Shown: positions 15,636 through 24,951 of the stretch, piece after piece
Numbering within the stretch: the stretch's first letter is position 1
Layout: each line of letters begins with the position of its first letter
Source of the DNA: Elusimicrobiaceae bacterium
GTDB taxonomy: Bacteria > Elusimicrobiota > Elusimicrobia > Elusimicrobiales > Elusimicrobiaceae
Reading direction: 5' to 3'
DNA length: 39,483 nt
Assembly (NCBI GenBank): GCA_045601125.1
Contig: JAZRZE010000087.1
Coordinates: 1-39,483, forward strand
The notes under the pieces: generated by a model
What the model saw: the letters and a program-made list of their open reading frames with translations, nothing else
Database searches by the model: none
What the model was told of the DNA's origin: nothing
Position numbers and translations under genes: made by a program

Positions 15636-17453
15636 ATGAAAAAAATTAATTTTATGTTAACCGCCTTTAGAGACGGCTTTCAATCAGTTTACGGAACAAA
15701 AGTAAGAAGCGAAGATTTCTTGCCCGCAGTCCAAGCGGCAAAAGATGCCGGTGTTATGCACTTTGAAAGTGCCGGCGGCGCAACCTTCCAATCAGCCGTA
15801 ATGTTCAATAATGAAAATCCTTATGATGTTATGGACGCTTTTAGAAAAGTCGTCGGTCCGGATGTAAATTTGCAAAGTTTGGCAAGAGGCGTTAATGTTG
15901 TCGGTCTTAACTCTCAACCATCTGATGTTATTAAACTCCACGCCCAAACATTTAAGAAACACGGTCTTACCACAGTTAGAAACTTTGATGCTTTAAATGA
16001 TGTTAATAACCTTATATATAGCGGTAAATGTATTAAAGAAGCCGGCCTTAAACACGAAGTTACGGTTACAATGATGTCGCTTGCTCCCGGTTGGGATAAA
16101 ACAGGTAAATATCATACCCCCGAATTTTATGCCGGCGTTTTGAAAAATATTATGAAAAGCGGTATTGAGTTTGACAGCGTCTGCTTCAAAGATGCTTCAG
16201 GCACTTCTACCCCGCAAACCGTCAAAGAAACAATTAAACTTGCAAAAAGCATATTGCCTTCCGAAGTTAAAGTGGTCTTCCATACCCACGAAACCGCAGG
16301 AACAGGTATTGCCTGCTATTTAGCCGCTATTGAGGGCGGTGTTGATAGTATTGACTTATCTATGGCACCTGTCAGCGGCGGAACTTGTCAGACAGATATT
16401 ATTTCTATGTGGCATGCTTTGCGCGGTAGCAATTATACCCTTGATATTGATATTGATAAAATAAGAAAGGCCGAAAGCGTTTTGAAAGAGTGTATGAAAG
16501 ATTATGTCTTAAAACCCGAAGCCATGAGAGTTGAACCGATGATTCCGTTCTCTCCTTTACCGGGCGGCGCTTTGACAAATGCTACAAGACAACTTAGAGA
16601 AATGAATCAAATGGATAAATACCCTGCCTTGCTTGCCGCTATGGAAGAAGTTGTTAGACGCGGCGGTTTTGGCACATCTGTTACACCTGTCAGCCAATTT
16701 TATATTCAACAATCTATGCAAAATGTTCTTTCACCGGAAGGTCCTTGGACAAGATTTTCAAACGGTTATGCAAATATGCTTCTTGGCTATTTTGGCAAAA
16801 CTCCTGCCCAGCCCGATCCGGAACTTGTTAAACTTGCTTCCGCTTATATGAAGAAAGACCCTACCACAAAGACCGTTCTTGAATTAAACGACGCCGACCC
16901 GACAAAGGGTGTAAAAGTTGCAAAAGAAATGCTTGAAAAGAATAATTTGTCCACAACCGATGAAAATATCTTTATCGTTGCTGCCTGTAATGATGCGGCA
17001 AACGGTGTAAATAAAGGACTTGACTTCTTGCTCGGTAAGGCAAAATGCCAAGTTGAAAAGGTTTCCGGCGGTGCAACTTCTGCTAAAATCGGCGGAAATG
17101 CCTTTACCGTTACCGTTGACGGAACTGATTACGGCGTTGAACTTAACGGCGATAAAGCAACCGTTAACGGCGAAACTTTTGCCTTTAGCATTGTTGAAGG
17201 TTTAAAGAAAGTTGCCGGCGCAGTTAAAGCGGCAGTCGGCGGCGGTACGGAAGTTAAAGCTCCTATGCCGGGCGTTGTTTTAGAACTTTTAGTGGCCGAT
17301 GGCGCAAGTGTTAAAAACGCCCAACCTATTATGGTTATGGAAGCTATGAAAATGGAAACCGAAATCAAAGCAACCGCTGACGGTAAAGTTTCCTTTGCCG
17401 TAAAAAACGGCGATACTTTGCAGACCGGCACTTTAATTGCAACTATTAAGTAA
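15636..17453 (+). CDS. oadA: Oxaloacetate decarboxylase alpha subunit / pyruvate carboxylase subunit B-like (carboxyltransferase plus biotinyl domain)
   Basis: 605 aa. It has an N-terminal 5S-type carboxyltransferase TIM barrel ([17 protein letters not shown]) and a C-terminal biotinyl domain with [11 protein letters not shown]. Confidence 0.88.
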   Translation: MKKINFMLTAFRDGFQSVYGTKVRSEDFLPAVQAAKDAGVMHFESAGGATFQSAVMFNNENPYDVMDAFRKVVGPDVNLQSLARGVNVVGLNSQPSDVIKLHAQTFKKHGLTTVRNFDALNDVNNLIYSGKCIKEAGLKHEVTVTMMSLAPGWDKTGKYHTPEFYAGVLKNIMKSGIEFDSVCFKDASGTSTPQTVKETIKLAKSILPSEVKVVFHTHETAGTGIACYLAAIEGGVDSIDLSMAPVSGGTCQTDIISMWHALRGSNYTLDIDIDKIRKAESVLKECMKDYVLKPEAMRVEPMIPFSPLPGGALTNATRQLREMNQMDKYPALLAAMEEVVRRGGFGTSVTPVSQFYIQQSMQNVLSPEGPWTRFSNGYANMLLGYFGKTPAQPDPELVKLASAYMKKDPTTKTVLELNDADPTKGVKVAKEMLEKNNLSTTDENIFIVAACNDAANGVNKGLDFLLGKAKCQVEKVSGGATSAKIGGNAFTVTVDGTDYGVELNGDKATVNGETFAFSIVEGLKKVAGAVKAAVGGGTEVKAPMPGVVLELLVADGASVKNAQPIMVMEAMKMETEIKATADGKVSFAVKNGDTLQTGTLIATIK

Positions 17454-17464
17454 GAGGCGACAAA

Positions 17465-18658
17465 ATGGACATATTAAATTCTTTAATAAATCTTTGGCAT
17501 ACAACAGGTCTTTATAATATCGTTTGGCAACAAGAGGTAATGATTGTTGTTTGCTTGTTTATTTTGTGGCTTGGTATTGTAAAGAAATTTGAGCCGCTTT
17601 TGCTTATTCCGATAGGTTTTGGCGGACTTCTTTCCAATATACCTGTAGCTGCTATTGCGGCTTTGCCTGTTTCCGTAGCAGGGCCTGATGGCGTTGTTAC
17701 GACAACGGTTGTCGGCGGCTTTTTGGGGCAGGTTTATACTTTCGGTATAGAATCCGGTCTTTTTCCCTTGCTTATTTTTATGGGTGTGGGTGCTATGACC
17801 GATTTCGGTCCGCTTATTGCTAACCCCAGAACCTTGCTTTTAGGTGCGGCGGCACAATTTGGTATTTTCGTTACCTTGTTTGGTGCTTTGATGCTTGGCA
17901 ATATTTCACCGGATATGAGTTTTTCTCTAAAGGAAGCCGCTTCTATCGGTATTATCGGCGGGGCAGACGGCCCGACGGCTATTTTCTTAACTTCAAAACT
18001 TGCGCCTAATCTTTTGGGTGCTATTGCGGTTGCGGCTTATTCTTATATGGCACTTGTGCCTATAATTCAACCCCCGATAATGAAACTTTTAACAACAGAT
18101 AAAGAACGCAAAATTGAAATGAAACAGTTAAGACCTGTTTCCAAGAGAGAAAAAATTATTTTCCCTATTGTTGTTTTGATTTTGTGCGCTTTACTTATAC
18201 CTGATGCAACACCGTTAATCGGTATGTTGATGTTTGGTAATCTTGCTAAAGAATGTGGAGTTATTGATCGCTTAAGCAAAACTATGCAAAATGAACTTAT
18301 CAATATTGTTACTATTTTGCTCGGTCTTGCGGTTGGTTCAAAACTCGGTGCGGAAAAGTTCTTGCAAGTTAAAACTTTGGCTATTGTCGTGCTTGGTTTA
18401 ATGGCTTTCTGTGTGGGTTCTGCTTCCGGCGTAATTTTAGCAAAGATTATGAACTTATTTTCTAAAGAGAAAATTAATCCGCTTATCGGCTCTGCCGGTG
18501 TTTCAGCCGTTCCTATGGCAGCAAGAGTTTCAAACAAAGTAGGGCAGGAATACCACCCTACCAACTATCTCTTGATGCACGCTATGGGCCCAAATGTTGC
18601 GGGTGTCATAGGATCAGCAGTCGTTGCCGGTATATTATTATCAATGCTTGGCAAATAA
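17465..18658 (+). CDS. oadB: Na+-translocating decarboxylase beta subunit (OadB/GcdB/MmdB family)
   Basis: 397-aa polytopic membrane protein. [25 protein letters not shown] and [14 protein letters not shown] are typical of the beta subunit. Confidence 0.88.
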   Translation: MDILNSLINLWHTTGLYNIVWQQEVMIVVCLFILWLGIVKKFEPLLLIPIGFGGLLSNIPVAAIAALPVSVAGPDGVVTTTVVGGFLGQVYTFGIESGLFPLLIFMGVGAMTDFGPLIANPRTLLLGAAAQFGIFVTLFGALMLGNISPDMSFSLKEAASIGIIGGADGPTAIFLTSKLAPNLLGAIAVAAYSYMALVPIIQPPIMKLLTTDKERKIEMKQLRPVSKREKIIFPIVVLILCALLIPDATPLIGMLMFGNLAKECGVIDRLSKTMQNELINIVTILLGLAVGSKLGAEKFLQVKTLAIVVLGLMAFCVGSASGVILAKIMNLFSKEKINPLIGSAGVSAVPMAARVSNKVGQEYHPTNYLLMHAMGPNVAGVIGSAVVAGILLSMLGK

Positions 18659-18681
18659 ATATAAGAACTTGTTTTTGTATA

Positions 18682-18718
18682 GGGAAAAGTCTTACTTTCA
18701 GACTTTTCCCTTATTTTA
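18682..18718 (+). terminator. Intrinsic terminator after oadB
   Basis: Hairpin GGGAAAAGTCT-tactttc-AGACTTTTCCC followed by TTATTTTATTT. Confidence 0.8.
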
Positions 18719-18754
18719 TTTATAAAAATCTCATAAAATGATATAATATAAACT

Positions 18755-19993
18755 ATGAAAAAGATACTAAATTTACAATGTGTTCAATGCGGAAAAGAAC
18801 ATACAACGCGGGAATCTGATTATGTTTGCAATTCCTGCGGGGGTAATTTGGAAATAAATTACGACTATAAATTAATCAATAAGCGCTTTGATTATGATGT
18901 TTTGGAAAAAAACGATAACTACAATATGTGGCGCTATGTGGATTTACTGCCTGTTGAAGAACATAAAGAAATGCCGCCCGTTCAAGTGGGGTGGACCCCT
19001 CTTTACAGGCTTGATGATTTAGCAAAAGAACTTGGTATTTCAAAATTATATATTAAAGACGAAGGCAGAAACCCTACCGGTTCTATTAAAGATAGAGGTA
19101 GCGCCGTTGCCGTTGCCCGCGCACTTGAACTTGGTGCAAAAGTTATTACAGATGCTTCAAGCGGGAACGCAAGCGATTCCCTTGCCTGTTTAACTTCAAG
19201 TTTAGATTTAAAAACAGTTATTTTTACACCTAAAAATACACCTATTCCTAAACTTGTGCAACTTTATATGTATGGCGCACAGGTTATAAGAATAGACGGC
19301 ACTTACGACGACGCTTTTGAACTTTGTAAAGCCGCTTCTGCCAAATACGGCTGGTATAACAGAGCAGCCGGTTTTAACCCGTTTGGCAGAGAAGGCAAAA
19401 AAACCTGCGCTTTTGAAATTTGCGAACAAATGCAGTGGGAAGCGCCAGATAAAGTCCTTGTCGCCGTTGGCGACGGAACAATTTTAAGCGGTATGTGGAA
19501 AGGTTTTACCGATTTTAATAAACTCGGTATTATCGAAAAAATGCCGCAAATGATAGCCGTTCAGGCAGAAGGAAGTTCTGCTATTAAAAATGCTTGGGAA
19601 AGTAAAACAGAAGCAACTGCAGTCCAAGCGTCAACGATAGCAGATAGTATTTCCGTAAATTATCCGCGTGATGCCTACCTCGCATTACAAGCATTACAAG
19701 AATCAAACGGTATGGCAATAAGTGTATCAGATACGGAAATTATTACAGCTATGAAAGAACTTGCCCGCAAAACCGGTATTTTTGCCGAACCAAGCGGTGC
19801 CGTAACATACGCCGGACTAAAGAAACTTGTTGAGCAAGGGGCAATTAAAAAAGACGAAAGTGTTGCTATCGTAGTGGGGGGAAATGGCCTAAAAGATGTA
19901 GGCTCTGCTGAAAAAGCACTTGAAATTTCCCAACAGTTTGTTAAACCCACTCTAGAAGAAATTGAAAAATTAGGACTTATAAAGGAAAAATAA
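18755..19993 (+). CDS. thrC: Threonine synthase (PLP-dependent, with N-terminal Cys4 zinc-ribbon)
   Basis: 412 aa. CVQCGKEH...CNSCGGNLEINYDY N-terminus, PLP-lysine motif NPTGSIKDRG, ASSGNASDS and VAVGDGT. Confidence 0.75.
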   Translation: MKKILNLQCVQCGKEHTTRESDYVCNSCGGNLEINYDYKLINKRFDYDVLEKNDNYNMWRYVDLLPVEEHKEMPPVQVGWTPLYRLDDLAKELGISKLYIKDEGRNPTGSIKDRGSAVAVARALELGAKVITDASSGNASDSLACLTSSLDLKTVIFTPKNTPIPKLVQLYMYGAQVIRIDGTYDDAFELCKAASAKYGWYNRAAGFNPFGREGKKTCAFEICEQMQWEAPDKVLVAVGDGTILSGMWKGFTDFNKLGIIEKMPQMIAVQAEGSSAIKNAWESKTEATAVQASTIADSISVNYPRDAYLALQALQESNGMAISVSDTEIITAMKELARKTGIFAEPSGAVTYAGLKKLVEQGAIKKDESVAIVVGGNGLKDVGSAEKALEISQQFVKPTLEEIEKLGLIKEK

Positions 19994-20004
19994 GGGGAAG
20001 AATA

Positions 20005-20904
20005 ATGGACGAAAAACTTTCATCAACAGCCGTTATAAGAATAAATCACGGCGAACAAAATAAAGCGCAGTATGATTTGCCGCAAAGTTATGGTGCAACG
20101 GAAAGTTATCTGTTGCCCAAAGACCCAAATTGGATGTTCTTATTTTGGGATATCGTGAAGGAAACTTATGAATACATAAAAGATACTTATGGCCAAGATA
20201 TTTTTGAAAGAGCAAAAAGCATTATCCGCGTTTACGATATTACAAATACAGAAAATTTTGACGGCACTAATGCAAACAGTTTTTTTGATATTGATGTCGT
20301 GCTTGATGCAAGAAGTTGGTATATTAATGCAATGAGCGCAAAAAGATATATTTGCGATTTAGGGTTAATTACCCCCGAAGGTAGATTTATTTTAATTACG
20401 CGCAGTAATGCAACCACCTTGCCGCCGGGCAGAGTTTCAAATGTAATAGACGAAAAGTGGATGATGGTTGAAGGTGATTATCAAAAACTTTTAAAAATGT
20501 CCGGTCAGGATATGTTTGACAGACAGGGCGGCGCAAGCGAAAAACTTCAGCATTTCTTTACCCACAAGTGGAAAATGTTTGAATTTGACACAAACTCTTT
20601 GCCTTCTTCCCACGTATCTTCTTGGAGTTCCGCTGCTTTAGCAAGACCCCAAGCGCAGGAAGAAACCGACGAAGATATTTGGCTTAAAGCAGATTGCGAA
20701 CTTATTGTCTATGGTCAAGCAAGCAAAAATGCCAAAGTTATGCTCGGTAATGTACCTTTAAAATTAAACGAAGACGGCACTTTTTCTTTAAGATATTCTC
20801 TGCAAGACGGGCAGGTTATTATCCCCATCAGAGCAGAGCATAAAACAAAATCCGAAAAGAAACGCGCCATCACTATTAAAGCCCAAAGACAAAAGGAGGC
20901 ATAA
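20005..20904 (+). CDS. DUF4912-like protein (usual partner of GH57 enzymes)
   Basis: 299 aa. The N-terminal YLLPKDPNWMFLFWDI...IRVYDIT pattern and the position directly upstream of a GH57 gene match what I recall of DUF4912 proteins. The function is unknown. Confidence 0.6.
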   Translation: MDEKLSSTAVIRINHGEQNKAQYDLPQSYGATESYLLPKDPNWMFLFWDIVKETYEYIKDTYGQDIFERAKSIIRVYDITNTENFDGTNANSFFDIDVVLDARSWYINAMSAKRYICDLGLITPEGRFILITRSNATTLPPGRVSNVIDEKWMMVEGDYQKLLKMSGQDMFDRQGGASEKLQHFFTHKWKMFEFDTNSLPSSHVSSWSSAALARPQAQEETDEDIWLKADCELIVYGQASKNAKVMLGNVPLKLNEDGTFSLRYSLQDGQVIIPIRAEHKTKSEKKRAITIKAQRQKEA

Positions 20905-20909
20905 CTTTT

Positions 20910-22499
20910 ATGGAAGAAAAAGGCTATTTATCCCTAGTTTTACACGCCCATTTGCCCTTTATCAGACACCCCGAATACCCCGATTTTCTTGAAGAAGATT
21001 GGTTCTTTGAGGCTATGGTTGAAACCTATTTACCTCTGCTTAATGTTTATGAAAATTTGACAAGAGAAGGGGTTGATTTTAGAATAACAATGTCCTTAAC
21101 ACCGCCTTTGTGCGCGATGATGAGTGATGAGTTATTAATTTCCCGCTTTAGAAATTATTTAAACCAAAGAATTGAGTTAAGCGCAAAAGAAATTGAGCGC
21201 ACCAAAAATACGGAATTTGCCGAAGTCGCTCAAATGTATAATACCAAGTTTTTGCGCTACCGCGAACTTTTTGAGAATTATTATCATGGCAGAATTTTGG
21301 AAGGTTTTAAAAAATTCCAAGATATGGGTAAACTTGAAATTATTACCTGCTGCGCAACACACGGTTATTTGCCTTTGCAGGTTCATAGGGAAAGTGTGCG
21401 CGCACAAATTAAAATTGCCGTTGAAGATTATAAACGCCATTTCGGCAGAGGGCCAAGAGGTATTTGGCTTGCCGAGTGCGCCTATAACCCGGGTGATGAT
21501 AAATTTTTACAGGAAGAAGGAATTAGATTTTTCTTTATGGAATCACACGGCGTAATGCACGCTGTTCCGCGCCCGAAATATGGTATTTACGCTCCTGTTT
21601 ATACACCTAACGGCGTTGCGGCTTTTGCGCGTGATATGGAATCTGCCCAGCAGGTTTGGAGCGCAGAAAGCGGCTATCCCGGTGACCCTAATTACAGAGA
21701 GTTCTACCGCGATCTCGGGTATGACCTTGATTATGAATATATAAAACCTTATTTACATAGTGACGGAGTCAGAAGAAATATCGGTATGAAATACCATAAA
21801 ATTACGGGTAAAGTTTCTTTAAACCAAAAACAACCTTACTACCCAAGCCATGCGCGCGAAGTTGCAGCCAGCCACGCGGGTAATTTTATGTTCAACCGCC
21901 AAAAACAAATTGAATATCTTGCAAGTGTCATTACCGATAGAAAACCTTTAGTAGTTTCTATGTATGATGCCGAGTTATACGGACACTGGTGGTATGAAGG
22001 TATAGAATTTTTAGAATATCTTTTTAAGAAAGTTTATTATGACCAAAAAGATATTAAACTTATTACTCCTATGGAATATTTGCAAAAATATCCCGTTAAC
22101 CAAGTGGCGCAACCTTCAATGTCCTCTTGGGGCGATAAGGGTTATCATGATGTTTGGTTAAACAGCGGTAATGATTGGATTTACAGACACCTTATTAAAG
22201 CTGCTCAAAGAATGATTGAAATGGCAAATAAATTTCCTTCCGCAGAAGGCGTTTTAAGAAGAGCCCTAAACCAAGCCGCAAGAGAACTTGTTTTAATGCA
22301 ATCTTCCGACTGGGCGTTTTTAATGACGGTCGGCACGGCAAAGGAATATTCCACCAAACGCACTAAAGACCATATTCAGCGTTTTATTGCCCTTTATGAA
22401 ATGATTATGGGTAATAGAATTGATGAGGGCTATGTCTACGATTTAGAGCAGAGAGATAATATCTTCCCTCAAATTAATTACGAGGTTTACAGAAGTTAA
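20910..22499 (+). CDS. GH57-family 1,4-alpha-glucan branching enzyme (DUF1957-containing)
   Basis: 529 aa. GYLSLVLHAHLPFIRHPE N-terminus, GIWLAECAY and YDAELYGHWWYEG are GH57 branching-enzyme-type motifs. Confidence 0.85.
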   Translation: MEEKGYLSLVLHAHLPFIRHPEYPDFLEEDWFFEAMVETYLPLLNVYENLTREGVDFRITMSLTPPLCAMMSDELLISRFRNYLNQRIELSAKEIERTKNTEFAEVAQMYNTKFLRYRELFENYYHGRILEGFKKFQDMGKLEIITCCATHGYLPLQVHRESVRAQIKIAVEDYKRHFGRGPRGIWLAECAYNPGDDKFLQEEGIRFFFMESHGVMHAVPRPKYGIYAPVYTPNGVAAFARDMESAQQVWSAESGYPGDPNYREFYRDLGYDLDYEYIKPYLHSDGVRRNIGMKYHKITGKVSLNQKQPYYPSHAREVAASHAGNFMFNRQKQIEYLASVITDRKPLVVSMYDAELYGHWWYEGIEFLEYLFKKVYYDQKDIKLITPMEYLQKYPVNQVAQPSMSSWGDKGYHDVWLNSGNDWIYRHLIKAAQRMIEMANKFPSAEGVLRRALNQAARELVLMQSSDWAFLMTVGTAKEYSTKRTKDHIQRFIALYEMIMGNRIDEGYVYDLEQRDNIFPQINYEVYRS

Positions 22500-22501
22500 T
22501 T

Positions 22502-23566
22502 ATGCAAAAATCAGCTGCTTATTTTGAAGATTTGCTTGATCAAAATAAACCCGCTCAAGTTTTAAAAGAACTTGGCAAAGTTAAAACAAAAGATGCCCAA
22601 ATTCTTTTTGTGCTTGCAGAAGCGCAAAGAATGTTAGGCAATTTTGAAGAGGCCATAGTTATATATGAGCAGGCCTTAAAAAACATTTCAAAATCGGCGG
22701 TGGAAGATAAAATTGATTTGCTTTTGGCTCTTGCTAAATGCCAGCGCACTTTAGGCAAAGCAGCAAGTGCTTATAAAAGCGCAAGTCTTGCCGAAAAACT
22801 TGCCCAAAAAGAAGAACTTGAAGATTTTGCCGTCTTAGCACTGCAAGAACGTGCGCTTGCTTTAAGAGCGCAAGGTAAATTGCAAGATTCTAAAGTTTTA
22901 TTAAATACTACTTTGAATTATTATCAGGAACAAGGCGAAATTGCAGGCCAAAGTTTTATTTATTGGGCGCTTGGCGGTATCAGCCGTCTTGAAGGTAATT
23001 TCGCGCAGGGTATTGCTGAGTTTAAAAAGGCAATAACTCTTGCCAAGCGCGCAAAAGATAATATAGCAGTTGCTTATGCAGTTTGCGGGCTTGCCGGTAT
23101 CAGCAGAATTGCCGGTAATATAAAAGAGTGCGTAAAAAATTATCAACTAGCCGCAAAACTTTTTAAAAACACCGATGATATCTTTGGCAAGGCCTACACA
23201 AATTGCGGGCTTGCAAACGGTCTTAGGCAACTTGGCGAATATAAAAAAGCAATGAGCCATTATATCGTTGCAGATAAATTATATTCTTCTATCAATGATA
23301 CGGTGGACCTTGGTTTTGTTAAATGGGGCAAAGCCGATATTTTAAAACATCAAGGTAATTTAAAAGCCTCTTTACAAACTTTACTTGAAGCAAAAAAACT
23401 TTTCGGCGCGAGTGATGAAATACGCGGTCAATTGCTTACGGAAATAAGTCTTGCGCAAATTTATTATTTACAAGGGCAAAAAGAGCAGGCAGATAAGACC
23501 TATGATAAAGCCGTTGCCCGTGCTAGAAAAGAGGGCTTACACACCTATTTAGAGAGTCTTACTTAA
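22502..23566 (+). CDS. Tetratricopeptide-repeat (TPR) protein, cytoplasmic
   Basis: 354 aa with no signal peptide. The A/L/Y/G-spaced 34-40-aa repeat pattern recurs (e.g. GNFEEAIVIYEQALK, GNFAQGIAEFKKAITLAK, GEYKKAMSHYIVADKL). Its start abuts the GH57 stop. Confidence 0.7.
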   Translation: MQKSAAYFEDLLDQNKPAQVLKELGKVKTKDAQILFVLAEAQRMLGNFEEAIVIYEQALKNISKSAVEDKIDLLLALAKCQRTLGKAASAYKSASLAEKLAQKEELEDFAVLALQERALALRAQGKLQDSKVLLNTTLNYYQEQGEIAGQSFIYWALGGISRLEGNFAQGIAEFKKAITLAKRAKDNIAVAYAVCGLAGISRIAGNIKECVKNYQLAAKLFKNTDDIFGKAYTNCGLANGLRQLGEYKKAMSHYIVADKLYSSINDTVDLGFVKWGKADILKHQGNLKASLQTLLEAKKLFGASDEIRGQLLTEISLAQIYYLQGQKEQADKTYDKAVARARKEGLHTYLESLT

Positions 23567-23628
23567 TATAATATATATACTACACATATATACTAATAAA
23601 TAAACTTGCGAAATTTTCAAAATACCCC

Positions 23629-23657
23629 TTGACAAATCTAAAAATAGGAAGTATACT
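23629..23657 (+). promoter_or_regulatory. Near-consensus sigma70-type promoter of the five-gene cluster
   Basis: TTGACA (23629-23634), a 17-nt spacer, then TATACT (23652-23657). This implies a leader of roughly 145 nt before the ATG at 23811. Confidence 0.6.
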
Positions 23658-23810
23658 AGTAGTAGGTGCAAGGTAGCATTTTGAGGCAAACTCCATGTTT
23701 GAGCGTTTCCTGAAGTTATGGGTAACGGGTCAGCAGGAGTAAAATTTTTTGTCTTATAATTTGAAATATGCTAGAGTGAAAACATAGACAGATTGAAAGG
23801 GGAAAAAATT

Positions 23811-24932
23811 ATGGCAGAAGAAAAACAAAAAAGTTTTGGAATAATTCTTAAAGATTCCAAAACCAAAAAACAAAAAGAAGAAAGGAAATTATATACTATA
23901 GTTTCCTGTTGCGTGTCAGTAATTTTTTTAATTACTATTTTTGTTCCGTTTTTAACTAATGGGGAAGAAAAATCTTCCGGTAAGGCTTACAAGAATATAG
24001 CCTTTGACCTTGCTGATTTAGAAGTAGACGACGAAGCCGAAAGAACTTTGCTTGAAATGAATAGATATAAAGATATTCCCCAGCAAAATCTTTCCGGTTC
24101 ATTATTTACCAAAAAACAAAAAGAAGAAAGACAGCAGGTTGATAAAGTAAAAGGTGTGCCTCCCGCTGCAGATAAAGAATATTTACAGGCACGCAAGACA
24201 AAAAAGAAAAAACAAGTAAAAGGTGTTAAAAGACCTGCTACGACTTATACTCAAAGAAACAGCACCAAGACTTCAACCGGTAATATGTCAAAAAGCGGGA
24301 TGGTTTCGGTAAGCGGTGGTTCAAGCGGTGTTAGCGGTTCTATTTGGACAAGCCCAGATAAAGCCGGACAAAACGGTGGTAAAAATGCTAAAAACGGTAA
24401 TATCGGTTCTTACGGTTCACAACAACTTGTTGCTTCTGCAAACCCGAAAGGAAGAATATCCAGTTTAACCCGTGCTGTTCAAGAAAGCCAAAGAGCTGCC
24501 GATAGTAATAACTCAGATGTCGCAAGGCAGGCAGTAGTGGATGCGTTTACGGATAATAATATTGAAGCAGAAGACGGTGAACTTGAAGGAGAGGTAGAAG
24601 ATTTAGCGGAAAAATTTAATCCTGAAGAACTTAAAAAACTTGGTAATGATAAAGACTTACTTGACTTTAAAAATGACCTTGACGATGCTAAAGACGATGC
24701 TGTTGCCAATTCTGACCCTTGTGCGGAAATGAAAAATAAAATGTCCTTTCAGTGTTTCTGGGGACCGGCTTTGATGGATTTAGTTAAGGCCGTCGGAATA
24801 GCAGCTATTAACTATGGTTTTAAGAGTATAGGCAGTGGTAGTGGAAACTCCACGTCTACTAGTCTAGGTGATGGTTCAAATGGGTGGGCAGGTTTAGGTG
24901 ATGGCGAAACTTTACCTGACAACGTTATATAA
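23811..24932 (+). CDS. Hypothetical signal-anchored low-complexity protein (P1)
   Basis: The ATG at 23811 follows AAAGGGG; the track's TTG at 23793 lies inside that RBS. Basic N-terminus, one TM helix (LYTIVSCCVSVIFLITIFVPFL), K/S/G/N-rich and acidic stretches, and a C-terminal CAEMKNKMSFQC plus a hydrophobic segment. No family recognised. Confidence 0.7.
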   Translation: MAEEKQKSFGIILKDSKTKKQKEERKLYTIVSCCVSVIFLITIFVPFLTNGEEKSSGKAYKNIAFDLADLEVDDEAERTLLEMNRYKDIPQQNLSGSLFTKKQKEERQQVDKVKGVPPAADKEYLQARKTKKKKQVKGVKRPATTYTQRNSTKTSTGNMSKSGMVSVSGGSSGVSGSIWTSPDKAGQNGGKNAKNGNIGSYGSQQLVASANPKGRISSLTRAVQESQRAADSNNSDVARQAVVDAFTDNNIEAEDGELEGEVEDLAEKFNPEELKKLGNDKDLLDFKNDLDDAKDDAVANSDPCAEMKNKMSFQCFWGPALMDLVKAVGIAAINYGFKSIGSGSGNSTSTSLGDGSNGWAGLGDGETLPDNVI

Positions 24933-24951
24933 AGATTTGGAGGAAAATAAA

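Noticed and set aside
23658-23810. Tried to match the operon leader to SRP RNA, 6S RNA or a known riboswitch class.
   Set aside because: No GGAAGCAGC-type SRP domain IV or other diagnostic core is present, so it is kept only as an unclassified leader.
23793-23810. TTG start for P1, and the ATG at 24898 for P2, as given by the ORF track.
   Set aside because: The TTG lies within the SD (AAAGGGG) that serves the ATG at 23811. The 24898 start overlaps P1 and lacks an SD, whereas 24952 follows GGAGGA.
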